A stretch of 63,993 bases of DNA, filler included, from Octopus bimaculoides (GCF_001194135.2; 4 parts of 3 records of this genome joined end to end with filler, not necessarily neighbours in it), one strand, 5' to 3'; shown: positions 14,341 to 27,559, counted from the first letter of the whole stretch. Translations and numbers: made by a program. The notes: generated by a model not told the origin, from the letters alone.

Positions 14341-14745
14341 GTACAAAATCCATTGGCCCAGAATTGGGCTCAACACTGGGATTTAGCAGCGAAACTAACA
14401 GAGCTGACAAGCCAACTGTAAGAAGGAATAAAAGGCAGAAACTATAATTTATATTACGATTTTGCTTAGACACCAGGCTGATTTGGTAACTTCCAGAATT
14501 TCTATATGTTCCAATTCTTATTCTGTGTAATATACGAAGCCCAGTATACCCATCATGACTACCCATCTGATTAGGGTACACCAGGCACATGCATCACAAG
14601 CATATGTACACAAGATGATCTCACATCAGGAGAGACATTCTTTTTCGTAATGTAAATTTTAGCTTTTGCGTTTTATTCCTTCTTATAGTTAGCCTTGTTA
14701 CTTTCGCTAGACCCCAATCCTGGGCCAATGGATTTTGTACGATTC
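14340..14745. mobile_element. MITE-like element with about 110-bp degenerate inverted ends
   Basis: GTACAAAATCCATTGGCCCAG...AAGAAGGAATAAAA at about 14340-14460 is the reverse complement of about 14640-14742. No target-site duplication identified. Confidence 0.5.
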
Positions 14746-15014
14746 AAATACCAAATTTAAATTTCTATAATTTAAAATTTTTATCACTTCTTATTTTGAA
14801 CTCGACAAACTCAGGTTTACTGTCGAAATATCGTTCAACCAATAAAATATCTATTACAATTGAATCGCGCTCTTCGTCTTGACTATTATTATTATCATTA
14901 TTATTATTATTATTATTATTATTTTTCTCTTTTCTCTCTCTTGTAGATCAACTTAAGTTTTCGTCTGTTATGTATAGTTGTTACTGTTGTCACGCTGTTG
15001 TAGGTGACGGTAAC

Positions 15015-15067
<53 letters not shown>

Positions 15068-15284
15068 GCAATAATGCGATGATGGTTTCGTCTACGTCGT
15101 CATCGTCCTCGTAGTTCTAGCAACTCCTCCTTATATTTATTCTTCAGCTATTTAATAATGGATGTCAGTATTGGAATATACAATCAGAAATACTTTGCAT
15201 TCTTCCTTTCGTTTCTCTCCCATTATTGTCTATAATTTTATCACCACCATTATTGCTAAGAATATCATTATCATTTATTATTAC

Positions 15285-15344
<60 letters not shown>

Positions 15345-15350
15345 CGGTGC

Positions 15351-15423
<73 letters not shown>

Positions 15424-15788
15424 GGTGGTTTGCTATGCGCAAACGTCTTTATAAAATTTTGTCCCGAGAATATTCCAGCCAGCGGGTTGTCTCAGTGAAA
15501 CAACTCTTTTAAAAGCCAATATATTTGGCGATGTAAAGTGTTCGCAGATGTTCCCAACGAAATACTCAAGACACAGATTCTTGTTGCAATGTGAAGGACT
15601 GCTATGTGCTTCGCTAAATTTCGTCTTCTTTGATTAGGCCGTGTCTTTGAAAGTTGACAGCCCAAATATCTGACGAGACTACAGATCTCTCTGTTATGTC
15701 GCTGCGGGTGTATTTTTTTATGATGCCCTATAAATATAACAATAATAATAGCGATATTACTACTACTACTACTACTACCACCGCCACA

Positions 15789-15839
<51 letters not shown>

Positions 15840-16019
15840 GGAGCAGGAGTGGCTGTGTGGAAAGTAGCTTGTTTACCAACCACATGGTTCTGGGTTCAGT
15901 CCCACTGCGTTGCACCTTGGGGAAGTGTTTTCTACTATAGCCTCGGGCCGACCAAAGCTTTGTGAGTGGATTTGGTAAACGGAAACTAAAAGAAGCTTGT
16001 CGTATATATATACCAGCTT

Positions 16020-16500
16020 CCAACTTCAGAAAGATGGTACCAGCATAAACCTGAAACTGTGACCGGAAAAGATGATGTAACAGTACTCGGACATGGCAAT
16101 CAACACCGATAAAGAAATCAAGGCAAACAGGTCGGACATAATCATCAAAGATGGGAAGAATAAGAAATGCTTAATGATAGATGTGACAGTACCATCAGAG
16201 AGAAATGTGTCCATTAAAGAAGTTGAGAAGTTAAGTACAAAGGCCGAGAAATAGAAGTGACCAAGATGTGGGGAATGAAAGGCAGCACAGCACCAGTGGT
16301 GATTGGAGCGTTAGGGCTAATTAAAAAGGGCCTTGATAAGCAGCTCAACAAACTCCCTTGTAGTCTTAACGTGGGAGAACTTCATAAAATAGTGTTGCTA
16401 GGTTCCGCACACATTTTACGCCGTGTACTCTCCATGAGATGAGGACCTGCTGTGACCCTAGGGTCAAGGGATGACCCTTGTTCAGCAGAAGACAACGGAC
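16020..16500 (+). mobile_element. 3' fragment of an RLE-type non-LTR retrotransposon (R4/Dong-like), frameshifted
   Basis: WYQHKPETV...TDKEIKANRSDIIIKD..KKCLMIDVTVPSERNV..KE.EK / KMWGMKGSTAPVVIGALG...LHKIVLLGSAHILRRVL*, then a (TAA)n tail. Confidence 0.85.
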
Positions 16501-16516
16501 TATATTTTATTTTAAA

Positions 16517-16594
<78 letters not shown>

Positions 16595-16788
16595 GCATCA
16601 ATGATAATAATAAAGATATTAGCAAGAAGAAGAAGAAGAAGAAGAAGAAGAAGAATGATAGTTATATATTTAATTGTTTTTAAAGATCGAAGTTGGTGTG
16701 GACAAACAATACGAGGGGTTAGAATAAAAAAAACTAGTGGGAGATTTAGAGTGCGTAGAACAAAACAAAACAAAACACGCTATAAGCG

Positions 16789-16836
<48 letters not shown>

Positions 16837-17347
16837 TATTAATAATTAAATAACAATAAATAAGTGGAGAAAGCATCTCCCAAAATGTAGGATGATTCGG
16901 TTTACCCCACACGAAACCAAAAATTACCGAGTCCTTAAGGACAAACTACAGCTGCATACTTAAGACTTGGTTCATCTCGACAACATCAATTTCGCCCCGC
17001 CTCTCTCTCTCTCTCTCCCCCCCTCTCTCTCTCTATCTTTCTCTCTCTCTCTCTCCTTAATAAAATACCCTATTCATATTAGTCTCAAATTTTGGCACAA
17101 GGCTCATAACTTTGGGGAAGCGGGGTAACTCGACTACATTGACCCCCCAAGGCTCATCTGGTACAAATCTACCCCTGAAAGGATGAAAGATAATTCTCTA
17201 TTAATATTGAAATTAAACAATATTAATATTAATATTTAAAAAGAAGCAGCTTTGTCTCACAGGCAATAATAATAGAAAACGTTTGCAAAAGAACATTCTG
17301 GTATGTATGTATACGTTTGTGTGTGAGTGATTACGCAGAAAGATAGA

Positions 17348-17420
<73 letters not shown>

Positions 17421-17589
17421 AAGACATACAGATAGCTTTCTTTATTGGCCACACTGGGCTGAACACAGAGGGGACAAATACAAATGTAGAGCTTTTCTTT
17501 TCGAAAATGAAAAAAAAAAAGTAAAATTCCGATCAAAAGGGATCGGGGAAAAAAAGACGATCAAAAAGGATCGTATATCACAGAAGAAT

Positions 17590-17800
17590 TTTTAAAATGT
17601 AAAAAGCAAGATTAGGTTTATCCGTGAAAAGAAAAGCAGGTAATGCTTCCCGATAGCACTTCCAAGCGAGGAATCTTTGGTGATTGTCCATAGGTCCCGG
17701 CCCGAAAGTTGTTCTGAACAGGTGAGTCAGGTATTTCTCGTCGACGCCCAGATTCTACTCGAGAACGTCGTCGCACCTCCCCTCCACTAAACCTTTATAG
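17590..17800 (-). mobile_element. L1/Tx1-like LINE ORF2 C-terminal relic
   Basis: LGVDEKYLTHLFRTTFGPGPMDNHQRFLAWKCYREALP resembles the region before the zinc knuckle of Tx1-like ORF2 (recalled similarity only). Confidence 0.5.
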
Positions 17801-17815
17801 AACGCCTTTGTTGTA

Positions 17816-17894
<79 letters not shown>

Positions 17895-18684
17895 TGGTCG
17901 TTGTCATAGTTGTTGCTATTGTTTTAGTCAGAACGCCCAAGGGAAGCGATAGAAACCGTTCCTGTTGTGACTATCTCGTCTTATTCTGATATAATGCACC
18001 TAGGACACTACATCAAGTGATATGCCCTTCTTTTTTATTAAAAGGTGTGATTTGAGGGAGAATTGGCTGTAATTTCTAGAACTCCAACCATTCCTGTAGA
18101 CTTGTTTTAAAATCGCATTGTTCTCATTTAACCTTTATGGCTTCGCTTTTGTTTTCTTTTCCTTTTCTGTTTTTCTTTTGTTTTTTGTTGTTTTTTCTTC
18201 GAGAGCTGAACATCCCAAAATATCCAAAAATATAAGCAGAAAAGAACGACGGAAAGGAAGAGAAAGACAGACAGAAAGAAAGAAAGAAAGAAAGAAAGGA
18301 AGAAAGAAGCAAACAAAGAAGCAAGGAAATAAAGATGGTGACAATTAGCTAAAGTAGATACATTTACCAAAAGTGGAGAATATCTAGTGTTAATGATAAT
18401 AATAATAATGATGATGATAATAATAATAATAATGATAATAATAATAACAATAGCAATAATAAATAGGGTGTGTAATTAGAGTATCTTTAAGTGACAACAT
18501 GATCTTAGTGTTTCATTGTGTAATGCCTGAAATAAAATAAACTTGAAAAAAACCTCGAGGAATAAGTTTCGAGAGCGAAAAAAATTGTGATAACTTATCT
18601 GGTGTCAACTTATGTAAAAAGTGGTTACAGGAGGGATTACAGATGACGAGAAAAGGGCGAAATTGGTAGTTCCTTGAATATATA

Positions 18685-18722
<38 letters not shown>

Positions 18723-19076
18723 GCGAGGAGAATAATTATGGCGGTAGACCCAATGAGTAAATCACTGATTCCACTTTCACACATACAGACGATATATTTC
18801 GCTCGCAGTAAATCAAGACATTTGTCTCGTAAATATTCTTTCTTTTATTCTTTCCCTTCTTTCAGGCATTTGACTGCGGCCATGCAAGAGCACCGCATTA
18901 TTAGTCGAACAAATAAGCCTACTACTATTCTATCGGGTCCCTTTTGCCGGACCGCTAGGTTACGGCGACGTAAACACACCAGCATCGGTTGTCAAGTGAT
19001 GTTGGGCGGGGATGCGAACATACACACACACACACAAACATGTACACACACACAGATATATATATATATATATATA

Positions 19077-19176
19077 NNNNNNNNNNNNNNNNNNNNNNNN
19101 NNNNNNNNNNNNNNNNNNNNTTAATTAATTAANNNNNNNNNNNNNNNNNNNNNNNNNNNNNNNNNNNNNNNNNNNN
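19077..19176. other. Assembly join spacer: 44 N + TTAATTAATTAA + 44 N (also 46892-46991 and 62554-62653)
   Basis: Identical 100-bp geometry three times, with stop codons in all six frames. Artificial linker; true gap size unknown. Confidence 0.9.
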
Positions 19177-19239
<63 letters not shown>

Positions 19240-19331
19240 CCGAATAGTATCAAAAGCTGAGCCATGTGTTACAAGTTCCCTAAGCAACGGGGTTGATGTA
19301 AAGATGAATGAATAAACTTCTTGATATTTAC

Positions 19332-19466
19332 TTAGTGCTTCGTATTCTTCCTCTTTTATCGGTAAGGCTATGTCCGGAGTGCTGGTCTTCATCTTCTGAT
19401 TGACCAAACTTTGCAAATGGTTACACCAAATATCAATGACCTGTAACAAAGCATACAAAGATATAA

Positions 19467-19505
<39 letters not shown>

Positions 19506-21113
19506 GTGTTCTTGAGCAAGACACTTTATTTCACATTGCTTCATTTTAATCAATTGTAGAAATGAGTTGCGATGCCACTGGTGCCAAGCTGTATCGGCCC
19601 CTTTGCCTTTCCCTTGGATAACATCAGTGGCATGGACAGGAGGGGAGGCTGGTATGGATGGATGACTGCTGGTCTTCCACAANNNNNNNNNNCAGTGGCA
19701 TGGACAGGAGGGGAGGCTGGTATGGATGGATGACTGCTGGTCTTCCACAAACAACCTTGTTTGGACTTGTTCTTTGGAGGGGAACTTCCTCGATGCAATC
19801 CCATGGTCATTCGTGACTGAAATCAATGGTACTATTGCAGACTTTTTGGCTATATTCTTAGAACATATAAACTCTTACCTTTTTGTATAAAGAATTTGTC
19901 ACTTCTTCTCGTTCTAAGAAGAAATAGACGTTGGCCATGTTGAAATATCCTCCAGAAGTCTGAATATCAAGAGTTCCATATTTCTCTGATGCCAAATATA
20001 TCTGGAAAAACCAAAAACAACCAGAAATTCACCTTTTTTTTTTTTGTCATAAATGTCTTTAAATCAATAAATTCATTTATTTTTTTTCTAAGAATGGTAA
20101 GGGAGGTAGCAGGAACACAGTGTTGCTACTTTACAGTCTCTAATTCCGAAAGATAACAGTTCTTGGTTCAATTCCAAGTGGGTTATGAATTTCTTTTTTT
20201 TTTTTACCTTTTATCATTTCAAAAATACAAACAAAAAATATAATATTCTAACAGAATATATTTAGTTAATGATGTATATATATAGAGAGAGAAAGACAGA
20301 GAGACGAACGGATGGACGGACGGACAGACGGACGGACAGACAGACAAACACACAGACAGACAGACAGACAGACAGATATATAACTGTGTGTGTGTGTTGT
20401 GAGTTTTGAACCCTACTTGAGTTCTATTTTTACAAGCATTACAAAAGAAGCTGAGAAGGCGAGCAGACAGAGCCGTTAGCTCGCCGGGCAAAATGCTTTA
20501 CGTTCTGAGTTTAAATTCCACCGAGGTCGGCAAAATGAGTACCAGTTGAGCCCTGGGGGTCAATGAAATTGACTTAAACCGCACTCCACAAAAAAATTTG
20601 AGGCTTTGTGCTTTTAGAAAAAGATTATGAAAGAAGCTCGATTCGGTGCAAGGCAGATAACTCTTGTGAAGTGTAGTCAGACGCTGGAATTTGATAACAT
20701 GATGACGTAAATAAATTGGTTACCATGGAGATTTTAAAATTTCATTTATCTTATTTCATTTGAAGCTGTTCCTTTATCTCTTATCTTTTATGTGTTTTAG
20801 TCATTGAACTGCGGCCACAGGTCTCTTTTGCTGTTGCTGCTGCTTCTACCACCACCACCACCACCACCGCTAACAACACCACTACCACCATCACTAAGGT
20901 ACGGGGACGTAAACAAACCAGCACCGGTTATCGAGCAGTTGTTGGGCAGTAACACATACATACATACACACGATGCGCTTCTTCTAGTTTCCATCAAACA
21001 AATACACTCTTAAGGGCCAGCCTGAGGCTATAGTAGAAGCCTCTTGCCACAGGTGCCATGCAGTGGGACTGAACCTGGAACCATGTGGTTGGGTCACAGA
21101 CTTCTTGACCTCG

Positions 21114-21156
<43 letters not shown>

Positions 21157-23827
21157 CGTCTTCAGCCAGTTCATCCAGGGCTTGTTGGTAGTTTTCTCTG
21201 ACCATAGACAACTTGGCCATCGTCCGCTTCACCATGTGGTTGCATTTGGTGCCAGTCACTTTGTTCTTTGTCTCAAACCAATTAATCAGAGATAAATAGT
21301 TGGCCGCCTCGTTTGTCTGACCCAAGCCTGTCAACAACAACAACAACAGCAACAACATTAATAACAACAACAAACAGCAATACCAACAATAACAACACCT
21401 AAACTTTGTGTGTGTGTGTGTGTGTGTGCGTGCGCTTTGTGTGTGTGTGTGTGTGTGTGTGTCTTTGTGTCTGTGTTTGTCTCCCCCATCACCACTTGAC
21501 AACCGGTGCTAGTATGTTTACGTCTCCATGACTTTGCGGTTCGGCAAAAGGCACCAATAAGGATGCGTATCAGGCTTTAAAAAAATAAGTCCTGGGGGTT
21601 GATTTATTCAACTAAAACCCCTCGAAGGCGGTGCTCCAGCATCGCTGCGGTCAAAAGGGTGAACGAAATAAAAGAAGATCATCGTTTGTAACGAGATAAT
21701 TACGAAAACGAAAGTAGGGTTTGTCCTTACCGAGCAAACATTCAGCAAGAAGTAAATAAGCCGGGAGCCACTCAACGCCTTCGGCCTTGAATAACATCTT
21801 GTAGAGACGCAGACATTGAAGAGCCGGTGGAATAATAAGCTTGTAATTGCCTTCAAACAGATGTCGGTGTCCATGCAAGAGACACATATTTATAAGTTCA
21901 AGCTGTCAACAAATACAGAAGAAATATAAATATTATCACCGTGCGATTACTAAAGAAAATAGTTTAATAATGGAGCATATAAGCCCTCGATGGAAAAAGT
22001 AGGTATTCTGTACGCATGGGACGGGGGAAGCTACTTTTTTCCGTTGAGGGTTTATATGGTCCATTATTAGACTATTTTCTTTAGCCATTGCACGGTGATC
22101 ACTTAGAAGCTTTAAGCTTATAATATATGTTGTGTGGGGAGGGTCATATTGTCTTAATGGCCAAATCGTTAATCAGTTAATCGTTAATTTACAAAGTTAA
22201 CATTTTCGTTAACGATCTAACTTTTAAGTTAATTTTGGAAATTATTATCAGACTAATTAACTTCGGTTAACTCAAGTTAAATATTGACAACAAAACGACG
22301 GCTTCCAAATCCTGTTTCCTGACTGGGTGAAAATGATCAAACTTTATAAAACTCTAGTCTTGGCAGTCAAACGGAAAAGATCCGATCTTTTTTATTTCCT
22401 GGAATTTTCTGAAACTTTTTGTGAATTTGTATTCTACACACAGGAGTTCTTACGATTATGCACCCCCCACCCAAAAATGGTTTTCGTGCATGATTCAAGA
22501 CTTACTTAGCTGTTATTTTTAGCACATCTCATACCGCATGTGTTTTAAGCATTTAATAAGTGACAAAAAGAACGTGATAAGTAGCTTGGTGTGGAGGCGC
22601 AATGGCCCAGTGGTTAGGGCAGCGAACTCGCGGTCGTAGGATCGCGGTTTCGATTCCCAGACCGGGCGTTGTGAGTGGAACAGAAATTGAAGAAATTGAA
22701 ATTGTGGCAGCCAAACAGAAAACAATCCAAAAGATAAAAGAACGTTAATTAAAACGAGATAATTAATTGTTTACTTTAGTATTGAGGATGCTTCGTTCAA
22801 GTGCTTGTTGTTGCAGCTTCCTTATGCTCCTTGCCGGCGGATTATAGAGGTAGATCAGGCTTTTACAGAGAAATCGGTGAATCCCCACCCAGTCCAGTTG
22901 TCGATGTTCTCGATTACTAAAACAAATTCAAGAAGAAAAAATAAACAAAAGTAAACAAAAGAAGGAGATGAAAGAACGGACGTGTTATTGATTTAATTAT
23001 TTTGTGTGATTAAATTTTGGATTGCTTGGGAAGGGGCTACACTAGTCGTCATCATCACCATCATCACCATCATCGTCATCATTATCAACATCATCATCAT
23101 CATCGTAGTCATTATTTCTAAATGCTTAACTTTATTCTTCATTTTATTCTTCATGCTGTTTTGTACTTTCTTCCTTGTAATCTGACCATGAAGATAAAAT
23201 TTTAAAGTCAACCTGACCCCACACCTTTTTTTGTTTTTGTCCCTTTCTTTATTTCTGTATTTTGTATTTTGACCATAACTGTATTTTGTCTGGTCACTAC
23301 AACTCTGGGTCTAGTTTTGTCTGTAAATTGCTGAAAATAACACACTGCTTTGCATATGCTTTCTCACAATGAAATCATCATCATCATCGTCGTCGTCGTT
23401 TAACGTCCGCTTTCCATGCTAGCATGGGTTGGACGATTTGACCTGGTGAAACCAGGTGGTTACACCAGGCTCCAATCTGGACAATAAAATATAAACTGAA
23501 AACTTTTAAAAAAGTAACCAAAATAAATCTAGATGAAGTTTAACATCATGTAGAATGTAACACCGTGTAGAATGTAACATCGTGTAGAATGTAACATCGT
23601 GTAGAATGTAACAGTGTGTAGAACGTAACAGTGTGTAGACGGTGTAAGAGTATGTAGAAGCAGTCCACTTACCAATAAGCAGCTATTTTACAGCCTTTGC
23701 ACCTCAGCCAGGCAGGTAAGCCGCACACATCACAGAAGATGTAGGTGCCTTTGGGATTAGCCAAGGGGTAGAGTTTCAAAGTGCTGCCTCTTGTGGCAGG
23801 CGTCTTTTCTGCCTTATTCTCCGACAT
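19332..23827 (-). CDS. ZMYND12-like paralog (MYND zinc finger + TPR-like helical region), exons 1-6 found, 3' end missing
   Basis: Exons with GT-AG boundaries: 23827-23673 (MSENKAEKTPATRGSTLKLYPLANPKGTYIFCDVCGLPAWLRCKGCKIAAY), 22916-22775 (CNREHRQLDWVGIHRFLC...), 21902-21731 (LELINMCLLHGHRHLFEGNYKLIIPPALQCLR...WLPAYLLLAECLL), 21327-21158 (GLGQTNEAANYLSLINW...ELAED), 20001-19879 (IYLASEKYGTLDIQTSGGYFNMANVYF...), 19440-19332 (VIDIWCNHLQ...). Exon 2-5 lengths (142/172/170/123) and all phases match the + strand gene. Exons 7-8 not identified; a scaffold join lies at 19077-19176. Confidence 0.88.
23544..23640. repeat. 17-bp minisatellite (about 6 units) CATCGTGTAGAATGTAA in intron 1 of the ZMYND12-like paralog
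   Basis: Tandem units read directly from the sequence. Confidence 0.85.
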
Positions 23828-24399
23828 CTTCTCCCTAATGAACGGGAAACAAAGATATGAGGATATATGAATACAATAAAAAGAAATAACAAGAAAGAAA
23901 GGAGGTAGGAAGGGAAGAAAGAAAGAAAGAAAGAAAGAAAAGGAGAACAACAAATCACTCATAAATGGCCATCATTCAATGTTAATGGTTTTTGATTGTC
24001 TGTTGTTTACTAGAAAAAAAAATCTCCTTTGCCGGAAATAGCAAGCACCTGTTTCTCATTAGCAGTTTACTAATTATTTATTCATCACATGCTTTTTTAC
24101 ATGTTGATTAACCTTTCATCGTCTAGCATAAAGCCATCTCCTTCTCTGCTGCACGCTTGCTCGGTTGAGGAAACATTTTTATAAGTCTTGTGGATTACAT
24201 GATAATTTCACCAGTGTTGGTGCCATGTAAAAGCAACTGGTACATTTCTGTAAAGTGGCTGGTGTTAGGAATGGCATCAAGTTGTAGAAATCAGGACAAA
24301 AGTGAGACCTGGGAGCAAGACGTGGTCCTCCGACCCATTAGATCCTGTCAAACTCTCCAACTCATACTAATTCAATACACAGAGATGTACAAATAGGGC

Positions 24400-24900
24400 T
24401 CACTAGGGCACAATTCTTTGTCCTTTTCTATTTACCATAGTCCTCCTGACCATAATGGAAGAGCTCAAAACCAAATATTCATAGGAACTACTATATGTCG
24501 AGGACTTAGTTCTAAGAGCTGAATTTGTAGATTTAGGGAAGAAATCCCAGGTGTAGAAGCACTAGCGTAGCTAGAGTGTGTGCCACCCGGGGTGGCCCTT
24601 CTGTTTACCATTCTGCACTCTACAGAAAACACATATTGTCTACAGCACACCCATTGGATGTGCAATGTCAGTGTGCATAAATGACGGAAGACAAATGTTT
24701 GGAGAAAAACTAGGCATGTGAGGAATTGGACGTAGTGTGCAAGAGAGAAGACGGTGTTGGTTTGCGCCTGTGATGCATGTGGACGAGTGCTGGTCATTTG
24801 CAGTGGCCATGGAAGAGAGAGAGAGATGTGGAAAGATGTAATATGAAGTGGTGAAGACTGATCTCTGATTGTTGGTGTTAAAAAGGGGGAATCTAGCAGT
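24400..24900 (+). mobile_element. Decayed RTE-clade LINE reverse transcriptase fragment
   Basis: MEELKTKYS*ELLYVEDLVLRAE (decayed WELLYADDLVL) and EKLGM..VQERRRCWFA.VMH; stops and an internal deletion. Confidence 0.7.
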
Positions 24901-25060
24901 AGAAACAAAAGATAAAACTAAGGCACTGGAGCAAGAAAAGGGTCTGCCATCCTGTTTGATCTCATGAAACCATCCCAGCCATGCTTACATCAATCTATCT
25001 ATTTATCTATCTATCTGTCTATCTATCTATTTACATCCATACACACACACACGCATAAAT

Positions 25061-25095
<35 letters not shown>

Positions 25096-26908
25096 GATAT
25101 AGATGAACCAAATTTAATGACTGGCACTCGTGCCAGTGGAGCGTTAGCAGCACCATCCGAGCGGGATCACTGCCAGAGCAGCGTCTCGCTCCCGTGCCAG
25201 TGGCACGTAAAAAGCACCATTTGAGCGCGGTCGTTTCCAGCTTCGTCTTACTGGCAATTGTGCTGGTGGCACGTAAAAGCACCCACTACACTCTCAGAGT
25301 GGTTGACGTTAGGAAAGGCATCCAGCTGTAGAAACTCTACCAGATCAGATTGGAGCCTGGTGCAGCCATCTGATTCGCCAGTCCCTAGTCAAATCGTCCA
25401 ACCCATGCTAGCATGGAAAGCGGACGTTAAACGACGACGATGATATATATATATATACATATATATATATTTGTATGCCTAAGACGCAAAGTAGTCGAAC
25501 TTGTCTGATGTATCGATGTGCTTCACGTTTGTAACTAATAAACCATAACACTCAGATATCCAACAATGGCACCGAAAACTTCGTCACAACCTCACATCTT
25601 CTCACGCCACAATAAACACGCCGTCAGGTCCGGACAGGTCTTTTCACCGAACAAAAGGCCTTTACGACAGACAACAATAACGTCCGCCGCTACTGCTGCT
25701 GCTGCTGCTGTTGTCGTTGCTGCTGTTGTTGCCGCTGTTGCTGTTGTTGCTGTGTGTTTGCATGTATATACGTATATATTTATAGCGTACGTACGTACGT
25801 TCAAACGTATGTATGTATGTATGTATGTATGTATGTATGTATGTATGTATGTGTGTGTGTGTGTATGTATGTATGTGTGTATGTGTATATGTGTAAGTCT
25901 GTGTGTGTGCGTGAGTGATGGGGGGAAGGCGTGAGTATGTGTGTGTGAGTCCGTGCGTGCGTGCATACGTGCGGGGGTGTGTATGTGTGTGTGAGATTCT
26001 GTGCGCGTGCTAGCGTGCGGATGTGGTGTGGTGTGGTATGTGTGTGCGTGGGCGCGCGCGCTATTGTATATATGTACAATCATGGTGTTCCTACATTCAT
26101 GAGGCCTGCTATTCGTATTGGCACTGGATGTCTTGCCCCTGGCTTATCTCAGGATCATATTGGTAGGAGTGGAGAAGGTCTGTGAGGTGCTGGGTCAGAT
26201 TATTGGACCTAAAACTTTTGTTGGAAAAGGCATTGCCCCGGAGGAAGGCATGAGAGAGGCACTGGAACAGCCGCTCTGACTCACAGGGTTTGCACTTGAA
26301 CCCAAAGAATTATTTCTATGAACTCTATTATTACAAACCTGATCACCTTCTCTGAACCTTCAAGCCAATCTTCTGTCATTTCAAATAGTTCTTTTTTTTG
26401 TCGGAGATTTAGAAACAAAATCCTAAGTTTACAAAATACAAAAATAAACTTCGCTATGCATTTATGGAAAACGACCAGTTCAAATAAAATACATCGTTGG
26501 AATTCTCTTGGCGTTTCGGCCCCACGAGCTCATCACATGAGAGATGGATTCGAACGATATAGAGAACTTAGATAGATCGCCCTCACAAGAACATCGACGG
26601 ACATATATGGGTTTTTTCATTCTTTTTGTTTCCCTTTTCTGTCACGATGTATCGTCTGCTGCTTTTGTAAACTATTTTATATTTTCTAATGGTTTGTAGG
26701 TACGTGCTATTTCGTTATGCAATCATAATATACTATAAAGCATATTAAACGTTTCTATAAGTCAATACCATGCTCTACTGTGTTAGCAGGGCTCTTACAT
26801 CACTTGTTGAGGCTATCTCTACAGATTCTCTATAGAAATTATAGCCAACACTGATTTTTGTTATTACGTTTCGTAAGCAAACAATAAGGTCGAAGATGAA
26901 AAATGAAT

Positions 26909-26963
26909 AATGGGCATATATGCCATATTTCGGGGGTGTCTTTCTCCTTCATCAGCACCCATT
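26909..26963 (-). ncRNA. Type I hammerhead ribozyme-like motif
   Basis: Minus strand parses as AAUGGGUG CUGAUGA A GGAG-AAAGACAC-CCCC GAA AUAUG-G-CAUAU A UGCCCAUU. Core intact, helix I 8 bp (2 G.U), helix II with one mismatch, palindromic helix III, AUA cleavage triplet. Confidence 0.55.
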
Positions 26964-27354
26964 AAACCATTAATCATCCCCAAACACATTGCTTAAAAAG
27001 CCCCAATATTTGAAACGGACGATCTCTCCGGCGATCTCTCTGACGAGAGAGGTGTGTGCGTATGTTTGTGTGTGAATGTGTATGTGTGTACGAATGTCTG
27101 CATGTGGGTTTGTGTGAGTGAATGTGTGTGCTTTTGCGAGTGGGTGCGCGGACGTGTGTGTGTGGTGTGTCTACACATACAAGCATTACATCATATAAAA
27201 ATCAAAGCCGACATTTCGCGATGAGGAAGTTGGTTTCACTGTCCACAATAATCTAATCGACCGGTGATAAAAAAAACTAATAATCAAAAAACCCGAAACT
27301 GTATAATTAATCGTTCCACTATTTCCATATCAGTTGTGTCCCTTCCACGAATTC

Positions 27355-27369
27355 GTTGCCTTTAGCAAC
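27355..27369. promoter_or_regulatory. RFX X-box candidate
   Basis: GTTGCC-TTT-AGCAAC fits GTNRCC-N(0-3)-RGYAAC and lies about 190 bp upstream of the ZMYND12 ATG. X-boxes are an established feature of ciliary gene promoters. Confidence 0.6.
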
Positions 27370-27559
27370 CCGTCTCTCAGTTCGTCTCCATATACTCACA
27401 CACGTACATATATATATATATATATGCACACACACAGATATACATAAATACACGTCCAACAGATTTGACACCCATGTTGTTGTTATTATTATTATTATCA
27501 AGGTACTTCTTTCCGAAACTTCTAGTATTTTTTCGGTCGATCGACTGAAATCCGTCAAT

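Noticed and set aside
19121-19132. TTAATTAATTAA palindrome recurring at 19121, 46936 and 62598
   Set aside because: Always centred in exactly 44+44 N; an assembly linker, not biology.
19624-19750. About 58-bp direct repeat either side of a short N gap
   Set aside because: Typical unmerged contig overlap artefact.
22591-22678. tRNA-like sequence with A and B boxes
   Set aside because: It continues into the SINE body seen at 53555-53903 and lacks a proper acceptor stem; a SINE head, not a tRNA gene.
23544-23640. Regular 17-bp repeats (also 18-bp repeats at 29580-29745 and loose ATGGGTT repeats at about 60300-60450) as a CRISPR-like array
   Set aside because: Tandem with no unique spacers, intronic or intergenic in a eukaryote, no cas genes; ordinary minisatellites.
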